A DNA stretch of 63,703 nucleotides, filler included, from 13 parts of 13 records of this genome joined end to end with filler, not necessarily neighbours in it; one strand, 5' to 3'; positions 21,425-29,769 are shown, numbered from the whole stretch's first letter. Made by a program: numbers and translations. The notes: generated by a model not told the origin, from the sequence alone.

Positions 21425-22066
21425 TTATGGAATATCCATAAATTTATGAACTTGTAACGAAATTCTCCACTTCGGATTGTTCTTGATATACTCAATGATT
21501 TGTGGAAGCATTTGTTCCATTCTACTCCATTCAGGTTGAAGGTACAGCATACAATCGGGCGAAACCACCGCTGCAAAACTTTCAGCCCATTCAAAATCTG
21601 ACTGGTTGAAAATGATTACTTTTAGCTCATTGGCTTTGGGATAAATATCAGGATTAGGCGATTTGAATTTTTTAGGAGAAAAACAAATCCAATCCCAAGC
21701 ACCTGTTACTTGTTCGCAAACGCCTGATGTTTCTATATTGGTTTCAAAACCTGCTTGATGCAAAGCTTCGGTAAGTTCATCTAAATTGTGCATCAAAGGC
21801 TCGCCACCTGTGATTACTGCCAAACGTCCTTCATGAGCAGAAGCCTCCGCTACAATTTGACTAATACTTAATTTTGGATGTGCGTTTATATCCCAAGATT
21901 CTTTCACATCGCACCAGTGACAGCCCACATCACAACCGCCCAAGCGGATAAAATAAGCGGCTCTACCTTGGTGAAAACCTTCGCCTTGAAGCGTATAAAA
22001 GGCTTCCATCGTAGGAAGTGATTGATTGGAAGGAAGAATTTCTATATCGTTTTGCTCTTTTGTCAT
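21425..22066 (-). CDS. queE: 7-carboxy-7-deazaguanine synthase
   Basis: FYTLQGEG, FIRLGGCDVGCHWCD (radical SAM motif), ITGGEP, ISLQVHK. Confidence 0.95.
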   Translation of the reverse strand: MTKEQNDIEILPSNQSLPTMEAFYTLQGEGFHQGRAAYFIRLGGCDVGCHWCDVKESWDINAHPKLSISQIVAEASAHEGRLAVITGGEPLMHNLDELTEALHQAGFETNIETSGVCEQVTGAWDWICFSPKKFKSPNPDIYPKANELKVIIFNQSDFEWAESFAAVVSPDCMLYLQPEWSRMEQMLPQIIEYIKNNPKWRISLQVHKFMDIP

Positions 22067-22193
22067 GCGTGTAATATAAATAAAAATACAAACACAAAAT
22101 TAGCACATTTCCCTCAGTAAATTGTTGTTGGGGTTTGAAAGCTGTAAAAGGGAGGATTTGAAGTTGCTGAGGATTGATTGTAGATGTAACAAA

Positions 22194-22220
22194 CATGGGA
22201 TGACTCTGAGTCATCCCATG
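22194..22220. repeat. Palindromic intergenic repeat, copy 1
   Basis: CATGGGATGACTC-T-GAGTCATCCCATG. A related copy lies at 26331-26367. Confidence 0.75.
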
Positions 22221-22339
22221 AGTAACAAACTATTTATCAACTCTTCTACTTGTCTTTCTGAACTAGTAGAAAAGCAGTAATTCATAATACTTTATTCGGT
22301 TAAAAACAGAATTCATTTTAGGTACAAGTGATGCTACGG

Positions 22340-22777
22340 TTAAATCTGTCCTTTATAATTTGGGTCAAAATCTACCATCCATTCAATTCCGTATTTGTCT
22401 CTAAACATCCCAAAATATGAACCCCAAGGACTGTCGGCAATAGGCATTTCAATTTGTCCGCCTTCTGAAAGTCCGTTAAATAACTTGTCGGCTTCTTCTT
22501 TGCTTTCTGCACTGATTGAAATTTTACTTCTATGTTCATTTTCGTTTGTTTTTCCCATAATTTCGGGAACATCATTAGCCATCAGAACGTTGTTGCCAAT
22601 CGGCAAAGCAATGTGCATTATTTTGTTTGCTTCATTTTCTGAGACTGTAAATTCAGGACCAGCAAGGTCTTTGAAACGTACAATCGTTGCGAATTCTCCG
22701 CCAAATACAGATTTGTAAAAATTAAATGCTTCTTCGGCATTTCCGTTAAAGTTAATGTGAGGATTGATGAGTGCCAT
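22340..22777 (-). CDS. VOC/PhnB-family protein
   Basis: INFNGNAEEAFNFYKSVFGGE, IMHIAL, WGSYFGMFRDKYGIEWM. Confidence 0.92.
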   Translation of the reverse strand: MALINPHINFNGNAEEAFNFYKSVFGGEFATIVRFKDLAGPEFTVSENEANKIMHIALPIGNNVLMANDVPEIMGKTNENEHRSKISISAESKEEADKLFNGLSEGGQIEMPIADSPWGSYFGMFRDKYGIEWMVDFDPNYKGQI

Positions 22778-23010
22778 AGTTTTTTAGTTTAAATTCTTTA
22801 TACACAAACCTAAGCTTTAACAGTAAATAAACAAGGTCTAAAAGCGACAAAATAGAGGTTCTTTGTGCCAATATCTACATATGACACTTACATTTAGTGT
22901 TATGCCATTTCAATCTTGATATATGTGCATTTGAATCGTTACTATTGGAATGACTTAGAGTAATATTAGTAATAAAATCATTGCTTCAAAATGTCATAGT
23001 TAGAAAACAA

Positions 23011-23045
23011 AAAACGCTTGATAAGAATATCCTACCAAGCGTTTT
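23011..23045 (-). terminator. Intrinsic terminator after rtcB
   Basis: AAAACGCTTG-N15-CAAGCGTTTT directly after the stop codon, with a T-rich tail on the minus strand. Confidence 0.75.
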
Positions 23046-23046
23046 G

Positions 23047-24585
23047 TTAATCTTCGGCTTTTTCACGTCCGTCTGCCATTCTTACGATTTTGGGTGAGAA
23101 TTTCGCTAATACTTTTACCAATTCTTCTTGCGAAGCCATTACTTTATTGATGTCCTTGTAGGCTTGTGGTGCTTCGTCCAAATCTGCACCAATCAACTGT
23201 ACGCCTGCTTTGTCAAGGGCATCTTTTAAATCACTCTTGGTAATCATTCCAAAAGCTTTGGTTCTCGACATCTTCCGTCCTGCTCCGTGCGAAGCTGAAT
23301 TAATACCCTCATCAATCCCTTTTCCACGAATCACAAAACCTGGCTGAGTCATTGAAGCAGGAATAATACCTAAGTCATTTGCTCCTGCTGGTGTTGCTCC
23401 TTTTCTATGCACCATGATTTCTGTTCCATCTGCCAATTGTTCTTTCCAAGCAAAATTATGGTGATTTTCAATGCGTTTCAAAGGATTTTGATTCATCGCT
23501 CTGGCAATTTTATTGTGAATTTCATGATGATTCGCCGAGGCATAATCACCTGCTAAATTCATTGACAACCAGTATTCTTGTCCTTCATCGGTATTCATAT
23601 CCAACCAAGCCAAATGCTTGGCTTCTTTTGGTAAGCGAGTTTTGTTCATGGCAATTTTTGAATAATGATTCGCAATATTGCCTCCCAAACCCCTTGAACC
23701 CGAATGTGAAAGTAAGGTTAAGTATGAACCTTTAGGCAGATTCATCAAATCGTCTTCTGCCAAAATCTCTAAAACGCCCCATTCCACAAAATGATTTCCT
23801 GTTCCAGAAGTACCCAATTGTCGGTAAGCTTTGTCTTTCAAATCACGGGTAATTTTTATCGCTCCCCATTCCGAACGGTCGAATAATGAATCATCAAATT
23901 TCTTCCCAGACTCTGCTCCCATTCCGAAAAAAGTATTTTCCGTCAGTACTTTTTTCAACAATTTATCTTCTTTTTGAATCATATTGTCAGGCAAATCGAA
24001 AATACTCATGCACATTCGGCAAGCAATATCCACCCCAACTGCATAAGGAATAATGGTGTTGGCGGTTGTCGCCAATACGCCACCAATAGGCAATCCATAG
24101 CCTTGATGAGCATCAGGCATCAACGCTCCTGCTACCGAAATGGGTAATTTCATGGCGGTTTGCATTTGGTCTAAAGCTCCTTGTTCGATTTGACTCGCTC
24201 CGTAAATCTTATAGCTTAAAGCTTCTTCTCGTAAATCTACATCCACATTTGCTTGGCGACCTATTTTGGTCAATTCAAACTTAGGTTTAGCATTCTCTGC
24301 TTCGATTAATGATTTACCATAATCACTCAATATGATTTCTTGACCTATTTCCTTTAGATGCTTGGTATAAAGTGCTAGATTAGTCAGTTTATTTTTAGAA
24401 AACGAAAACTTCTTGGGTGATTCTATCATTTGGGCAAACATTAATAGCACTTGTACTTTTGGATATACACCATTACTTATTAAGCCGCCAGCAACTCTTG
24501 AAAACTTAGCTAAAGCTTCCTCTGATTGTACGCCCAAGGCTTGTAAATCTTCTTGGACGATTTTTTCTTCTGTTAAAATGTTCAT
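23047..24585 (-). CDS. rtcB: RtcB RNA 3'-phosphate/5'-OH ligase with an N-terminal extension
   Basis: MPDAHQGYGLPIGGV, GVDIAC, LGTSGTGNHFVE, SHSGSRG, HHNFA, HRKGATPA, SHGAGR, DEAPQAYKDI. Catalytic motifs appear intact. Confidence 0.96.
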   Translation of the reverse strand: MNILTEEKIVQEDLQALGVQSEEALAKFSRVAGGLISNGVYPKVQVLLMFAQMIESPKKFSFSKNKLTNLALYTKHLKEIGQEIILSDYGKSLIEAENAKPKFELTKIGRQANVDVDLREEALSYKIYGASQIEQGALDQMQTAMKLPISVAGALMPDAHQGYGLPIGGVLATTANTIIPYAVGVDIACRMCMSIFDLPDNMIQKEDKLLKKVLTENTFFGMGAESGKKFDDSLFDRSEWGAIKITRDLKDKAYRQLGTSGTGNHFVEWGVLEILAEDDLMNLPKGSYLTLLSHSGSRGLGGNIANHYSKIAMNKTRLPKEAKHLAWLDMNTDEGQEYWLSMNLAGDYASANHHEIHNKIARAMNQNPLKRIENHHNFAWKEQLADGTEIMVHRKGATPAGANDLGIIPASMTQPGFVIRGKGIDEGINSASHGAGRKMSRTKAFGMITKSDLKDALDKAGVQLIGADLDEAPQAYKDINKVMASQEELVKVLAKFSPKIVRMADGREKAED

Positions 24586-24677
24586 TGTGTTATTTACTTT
24601 TCAATAAGTGATTTTAAAATTTTCATACGAGTTTTATCATTAAAGGAATAATATACACTTCTCTTTTGATGACACTA

Positions 24678-24712
24678 CAAAGTTGCAAGCCCACAACGCA
24701 GTCTTTTTGCGT
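24678..24712 (-). promoter_or_regulatory. Putative rtcB promoter with candidate WYL operator
   Basis: -7-like element CAACTTTG (24685-24678, minus strand), with the palindrome ACGCA-N7-TGCGT (24696-24712) 10 nt upstream. Confidence 0.55.
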
Positions 24713-24782
24713 AGCAAAAATTATTTTCTATTTTTAGTGAAAAAACTCAAAACTCATCACTCACAATTCACAACTCAAAGTT

Positions 24783-25793
24783 ATGCCTGCTAATAGAAAT
24801 GCCTTGATTCGCTATAAAACCATTGATACTTGTTTACAGAACCGTCACAGGAAATGGACTTTAGAAGACTTGATAGAAAGTGTTTCGGAGGCTCTTTATG
24901 AGTATGAAGGAATCCGTAAAGGAATCAGCAAAAGAAGTATTCAGGCTGATATACAAATGATGAGAAGTGAAAAATTGGGTTATGAAGCACCGATTATTGT
25001 CATCGACAAAAAATATTATACTTATGAAGACCCCAATTTTAGTATTACAAAAACGCCCTTGACCAGTGCAGACGTTTCCAGAATGAACGAAGCACTTGAC
25101 ATGTTGAAGCAATTCAAAGGTTTTTCACACTTCAACCAACTCAGTGAAGTAGTCAATAAGCTTGAAGAACATATTTATAGTAATAAAGAAAAAAGAGCAT
25201 CGGTAATTGACTTTGAGAAGAATGAAAATTTGCGAGGGCTTAGTTACTTAGATACCATTTATCAAGCTATCCTTCAGAAAAAAGCAGTATGTATCAATTA
25301 TAAATCATTTAAAGCGAGAGATGCTAACCAATTTCATTTTCATGTATGGTGGTTGAAGGAATATAAAAATAGATGGTTTGCAGTAGGTGTTAAACACTCT
25401 AAAGACACTATTACCAATTTGGCCCTTGATAGAATCTTGGATTTACAAGTTGACGCACAACTTCCTTATATCGAAAACTTAAGATATAGCCCCGAGTTGT
25501 ATTATTATCATGTAATTGGTGCAACGGTTAGTAATAATATTAGAAACAGTAGAGTACGTATTCAGGTATCGAATCTTCATGCTCCTTATGTAGAAACAAA
25601 ACCACTTCATCATTCACAGCAAGTAATTGAAAGGAATCATAAAGGAATAATTATTGAAATAAAAGTACAGCTCAACTTTGAACTTGAAAGGGAAATTCTA
25701 GGCTTTGGAGATGGAATGGAAGTATTGGAGCCTAGACTCTTAAGAGAAAAAATTCAGAAGAGATTAGGTTTGGCAAATGAACAATATAAGTAA
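24783..25793 (+). CDS. HTH-WYL-WCX transcriptional regulator
   Basis: N-terminal wHTH (ISKRSIQADIQMMR), WYL core (WLKEYKNRWFAVG...LALDRI), and a WCX-like tail (ILGFGD..EVLEP..LR). Confidence 0.92.
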   Translation: MPANRNALIRYKTIDTCLQNRHRKWTLEDLIESVSEALYEYEGIRKGISKRSIQADIQMMRSEKLGYEAPIIVIDKKYYTYEDPNFSITKTPLTSADVSRMNEALDMLKQFKGFSHFNQLSEVVNKLEEHIYSNKEKRASVIDFEKNENLRGLSYLDTIYQAILQKKAVCINYKSFKARDANQFHFHVWWLKEYKNRWFAVGVKHSKDTITNLALDRILDLQVDAQLPYIENLRYSPELYYYHVIGATVSNNIRNSRVRIQVSNLHAPYVETKPLHHSQQVIERNHKGIIIEIKVQLNFELEREILGFGDGMEVLEPRLLREKIQKRLGLANEQYK

Positions 25794-25829
25794 GGATTCA
25801 TTGCTTATATTGTTCATTTGCCAAACCTA
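25765..25829. repeat. 26-bp perfect inverted repeat overlapping the 3' end of the WYL gene
   Basis: TAGGTTTGGCAAATGAACAATATAAG (25765-25790) and its reverse complement (25804-25829). Confidence 0.9.
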
Positions 25830-25936
25830 TGAAAGTTTGATTTTTGTAAAAAGAGTATTCTATTGACTTCAAATAGAATAAAATCATATACTTATATTAT
25901 ACCCAAATGCGAGCTTAGCACGCTTCTACATTATCT

Positions 25937-26272
25937 TCAACATAAAATAATCTCTCGAAGTACTGCATTATGGATTTTCAATACTTGTCCAAATTTGGTA
26001 ATATCTTGCATTTCCACTTCTTTGTAGTGGCTACCTGCACTTTTTATTACATTTAATGCAAACCCTAAGGCAATATACATTTGGTTATGCTTTCACTGCA
26101 CAAAAGCATTCTGTCCTATATTTTTTGATATTTGTTGATGTAGAAAATATTCTTTACTCTGTATTATATAGTCTCTATATTCTCCCAATGTATAATCTTC
26201 CCAAAGAAAAAAAGCAATACCCTGTGTATATCTAATAAGATAATCTTCGGTAACAGAGTGTTTTACGCCATT
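25937..26272 (-). pseudogene. Nitroreductase-like gene remnant
   Basis: One frame reads ...IAFFLWEDYT...FVQ*KHNQMYIALGFALN..., resembling the FAAWDNYT and QxYIALGFAL segments of nitroreductases. Internal TGA at 26095-26093, no start codon. Confidence 0.55.
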
Positions 26273-26330
26273 TCACTTAGGCGTTATGGTACTTGTATTT
26301 AACATTAAGGGACTTTACTCTTGACAATCG

Positions 26331-26367
26331 TTACTCATGGCATGACTCTAACTCATGCCATGAGTGA
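26331..26367. repeat. Palindromic intergenic repeat, copy 2
   Basis: TTACTCATGGCATGA-N7-TCATGCCATGAGTGA. Confidence 0.75.
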
Positions 26368-26385
26368 TTTTGTGCGAATACGCTA

Positions 26386-26823
26386 TCAAGCAATAGGTCT
26401 AGCTTCTATAATTAGAAAGTAGCCTGTACGTTCTTTGATGAACCATTTTCCATTTTTACACACATATTTGTCATCATATTTAACACTGTAATCTGTCAAA
26501 ATATCTTTCCCTTCAACTTCTCTTACCATTTTTAATTGCGAAAAAGAAACTCCTGTTGCTGTCTCTCCATCAATTTTTACAGTGTGCTGTCCATTCATGG
26601 TAAAATAGGTTTTTACCAGAGAAGCATGTCCATTAAATTCTTTTTCCAAGCTTTCTGTGCCAGAAACATTTGCTGCTAAAAAGTCGCCCATGTAAGCTTT
26701 GTAAATAACATCGGGGGTAAATAAACCCATTTGTTCTGAAATTTTCTTTTCGTCACCTAAGTAGGCATAAGTGTCTATTAAGTCACGTAATTCTTCTTTG
26801 ATTTTTAAGGTTTCTAGTGTCAT
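26386..26823 (-). CDS. SnoaL-like/NTF2-family protein
   Basis: ELRDLIDTYA...D, LFTPD, G.H.V.IDG.TATG, YDDKY....GKWFI..R. Confidence 0.85.
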   Translation of the reverse strand: MTLETLKIKEELRDLIDTYAYLGDEKKISEQMGLFTPDVIYKAYMGDFLAANVSGTESLEKEFNGHASLVKTYFTMNGQHTVKIDGETATGVSFSQLKMVREVEGKDILTDYSVKYDDKYVCKNGKWFIKERTGYFLIIEARPIA

Positions 26824-26935
26824 GATTTTGTTGTTTTAATAATTATGTACCAAAAGTAGAGTACATTTGCTTACAATTTATTAGCAATTACCTAAAGGTT
26901 AGCTACTATTATTTTAATAACCAAGGACGTTTACA

Positions 26936-27337
26936 ATGAAAGAACAGGTTGAAAAAACAGAAAATAGTAAGGAGTTTTCAGAAGAATGTAACAAAGTATT
27001 AGCCGCAGTTAGTGATGCTTTATATTCTATTGGCGGGAAATGGAAATTGATGATAATCATCTCGATAGCGAGAGGAAACCATAGATTTACCGAACTTCAA
27101 CGACAAGTAAAAGGTATTTCTGCCAGAGTACTATCAAGCGAATTAAAAGACCTTGAATTGAATGGGTTTATCATCAGGAAAGTAACTGCGGGGTATCCCG
27201 TTACTATTGAGTATGAGCTTTTACCTTACAGTCAAACCCTTGAAGAGGTGGTTGGCGCAATGACGAGATGGGGAATGCAACATCGTGAAAGAATTAAAAT
27301 GGAAGGTTCAGCAGGTAAAGCTCAACAGAGTAAGTAA
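26936..27337 (+). CDS. HxlR-family winged-helix regulator
   Basis: IGGKWKL.I, RFTELQR...GISARVLS.ELKDLE..G, with an N-terminal Cys. Divergent from the SnoaL gene. Confidence 0.92.
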   Translation: MKEQVEKTENSKEFSEECNKVLAAVSDALYSIGGKWKLMIIISIARGNHRFTELQRQVKGISARVLSSELKDLELNGFIIRKVTAGYPVTIEYELLPYSQTLEEVVGAMTRWGMQHRERIKMEGSAGKAQQSK

Positions 27338-27378
27338 ACTACAAAATTTCGTGTTGTTGGCGAAAAAACACCAACAAA

Positions 27379-27462
27379 GGCACAATGGATTAGGGCTTGG
27401 CGAAGGTGGAGCATTTGAAATACGTCAGCTCCACTTTTGCCAAACCCCTATTTAGCCGTATG
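27379..27462 (-). mobile_element. Degenerate attC-like recombination site
   Basis: The minus strand reads ACGGCTAAAT-AGGGGTTTGGCAAAAGTGGAGC-loop-GCTCCACCTTCGCCAAGCCCTAATCC-ATTGTGCC. Imperfect stem with one extra base, and ends resembling RYYYAAC and GTTRRRY. Lies just after the ydeI-like stop codon. Confidence 0.5.
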
Positions 27463-27473
27463 TGACTTTTCTA

Positions 27474-28073
27474 TCATCGCAAGTGCTTTGGTCTAAGATT
27501 TTGCGCTGCACTTTCTACAACTTCGTCTATGCGCTTTTGTCGAGTTTCTTGTCGTTTGGCAAGGGCTATCCAGCTTAATATTATTTTTCTTGTCGATTTA
27601 CTCAAACTCAGAAAGAAAGCCTTTGAACCCTTATGATTATTGAACACATTGTCTAAATCATTCGGTATTATCAGCTCTTCTACTTCGTCTAAAATTGTCC
27701 AAGAATCGTTTCGTTTTGCGATTTCAATACTTTCATAACCCGCTTTTGTCATTAGTCCGTTTCCAATGAGTTGTTGAACTTTCTCTTTATTGACTTTTGA
27801 CCAATTGCTTTTAGGTTTACGCTTGCTAAAAAACTGCATATATGAAAATTCGTCAATCGTTTTTTTCGTGCTGTCAATCCAACCAAAGCAAAGTGCTTCA
27901 TCAACGGCTTCACTCCAACTTATTGAAGGAAGATTTGACTTTTTCGTATAATAAACAAGCCAAACAGATTGTTTAGAGTGATGATTTTCTTCCAACCATT
28001 GTCTCCAATCTATTCGACTTTCAGGACAATATGTTTCTACTTCCTTAATTAAGCATTTTCTTGTTCTAACCAT
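27474..28073 (-). CDS. YdeI/OmpD-associated family protein
   Basis: WRQWLEENH, EALCFGWIDS, RKPKSNWSKVNK, AKRQETRQKRI. The nearest in-frame ATG is at 28073. Confidence 0.88.
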   Translation of the reverse strand: MVRTRKCLIKEVETYCPESRIDWRQWLEENHHSKQSVWLVYYTKKSNLPSISWSEAVDEALCFGWIDSTKKTIDEFSYMQFFSKRKPKSNWSKVNKEKVQQLIGNGLMTKAGYESIEIAKRNDSWTILDEVEELIIPNDLDNVFNNHKGSKAFFLSLSKSTRKIILSWIALAKRQETRQKRIDEVVESAAQNLRPKHLR

Positions 28074-29011
28074 TTTAATATTGATTGGGTCGTTTCTTCT
28101 GGCTTTTCTTGTTGAATCCAATGACCACAATCTAAACTAACAATATCCAAATTAGGAACAATGTTTTTTAGGTTTTCAGACTTTGGAATCGTATCCCGTT
28201 CACCATATATCATAAGAGTCGGTTGATGAATGATTGGGGTTACATTTGCCATTAAATGCCAGTTCCTATCAAGATTTCTGTACCAATTTATGCTTCCTGT
28301 AAATCCTGATGATTCGAAGGCAGAAACAAATACTGATAGTTCGTTATCTTCCATTAAAGGCTCTCCTAGTGGTTTTTCTGCTCTTGCAAAATTAATCATT
28401 AGCATTCCTGGCTCTGGTGGTGTGGGAGGTATGTTCTTGCGGAATATGTTACGAAGGAATTGGGATGCGTTTTCATTCATTATAGCATCTGCTACTCCTG
28501 ATTGCCGATTGAAGTGAACAAAGTAGAAGTCTCCTCCAAAAATTGCTTCCATAAACTCAATCCATGGCCTTTCGCCACGCTCTTGATAAGGTAAAGCTAA
28601 GTTTATTATTTTATTTACCCGCTTAGGATGCAATAGTGCCAGACTCCAAACGACATTGGCTCCCCAATCGTGACCTACAAAAGTGGCATCTTCATATCCA
28701 AAGTAATCGAGTAGTGCGACTAGGTCACCTGTCAAGTGTGCAATGTCGTATTCGGTTACTTCGGTCGGACTGGATGAGTTACCATAACCTCTCTGGTTTG
28801 GAATGATGACATGATAGCCAGCTGCAACAAGAGCGGGTACCTGATAACGCCAAGAAAAAGCATGTTCTGGAAAGCCGTGGCAGAGTACAATAGGTTTGCC
28901 TGCATTTTGTTTGCCTGCTACAAAGACTTCTAGCTCCACACCGTTAACTGAAATAAGAGTGGGTTTGGGAAAATTGGTAGAATTAAGCATTGAATTAATT
29001 TCGTTTGTCAT
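28049..29011 (-). CDS. Alpha/beta hydrolase, epoxide hydrolase-like
   Basis: HGFPE, nucleophile motif GHDWGA, INWYRN, CGHWIQQE. Confidence 0.92.
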   Translation of the reverse strand: MTNEINSMLNSTNFPKPTLISVNGVELEVFVAGKQNAGKPIVLCHGFPEHAFSWRYQVPALVAAGYHVIIPNQRGYGNSSSPTEVTEYDIAHLTGDLVALLDYFGYEDATFVGHDWGANVVWSLALLHPKRVNKIINLALPYQERGERPWIEFMEAIFGGDFYFVHFNRQSGVADAIMNENASQFLRNIFRKNIPPTPPEPGMLMINFARAEKPLGEPLMEDNELSVFVSAFESSGFTGSINWYRNLDRNWHLMANVTPIIHQPTLMIYGERDTIPKSENLKNIVPNLDIVSLDCGHWIQQEKPEETTQSILKWLEQENA

Positions 29012-29040
29012 TTTTATTCTTTTAAAGATTAATAATGAAG

Positions 29041-29075
29041 CAAACTTATACCTGTCAATTGACAGCCTTATGTCA
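29041..29075 (-). promoter_or_regulatory. Hydrolase promoter with candidate YafY/WYL operator
   Basis: TAAGTTTG -7 box (29048-29041), TGACA-N6-TGTCA (29060-29075), and an overlapping perfect palindrome CTGTCAATTGACAG (29052-29065). Confidence 0.65.
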
Positions 29076-29079
29076 GGGG

Positions 29080-29769
29080 TTAAGAATAGTTATCAAAATA
29101 TTCTTGCAAGGTCATTTTGTGTGGTTCAAATTTGTCTGTAAGAATTTCTAATTTATTTATTCTGTCCAAACGAAAAAAACGAAATTCTCTTCTCAATCTA
29201 CAATAGGCAACCAACAACCAATTTTCGGTGCTTAACAAGGCAAATGCTTCAATGTACCTGGTTGTGGTTTTATTTTGTTCGTTGGTGTATTCAATTTTTA
29301 TAAGCCGAAAATTTGTCAAAGCAAATTGTAGGTCAGATAAATGACTACTGTTTCTTTCTTGATTGTTATTTTGATCAAATCGTGTTCTTTCTGAAAGTAA
29401 GTTCGTTTTGTCTTGTAAGTTATATTTCAAGACTGACTTTACTTTTTCAATGGCTTCTGTGTAATTTTTAATGAATGAAGTGTCTTTGTTTTTGAGAACT
29501 AATTGTTCAGCGGTAATTAACGCATTTGCCTGAGCCTCTGTGAACATTACAGGCGGAACTCTGTAACCTTCCATTAGCGAATAACCTTTTCCATCTTCCG
29601 TAACGATTGGAACACCTGCTTGTTCTAAAGCTCTAATGTCCCGATAAATGGTTCTGATACTTACATTAAATTTTTCTGCAAGTGTTGTTGCCGTCAAAAG
29701 ACGTTTTGTTTGCAACTGTGTTATTATTGCAGTGAGGCGTGAAAGTCGTTTAGTATCATTGCCGTTCAT
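29080..29769 (-). CDS. YafY-family HTH-WYL regulator (short, no WCX domain)
   Basis: LAEKFNVSIRTIYRDIRALEQAGVPI and WLLVAYCRLRREFRFFRLDRI. Confidence 0.93.
   Translation of the reverse strand: MNGNDTKRLSRLTAIITQLQTKRLLTATTLAEKFNVSIRTIYRDIRALEQAGVPIVTEDGKGYSLMEGYRVPPVMFTEAQANALITAEQLVLKNKDTSFIKNYTEAIEKVKSVLKYNLQDKTNLLSERTRFDQNNNQERNSSHLSDLQFALTNFRLIKIEYTNEQNKTTTRYIEAFALLSTENWLLVAYCRLRREFRFFRLDRINKLEILTDKFEPHKMTLQEYFDNYS

Noticed and set aside
22780-24780. Y RNA or tRNA-like partner gene near rtcB
   Set aside because: The flanks are AT-rich with no T-loop or cloverleaf visible. Only a terminator and promoter elements were seen.
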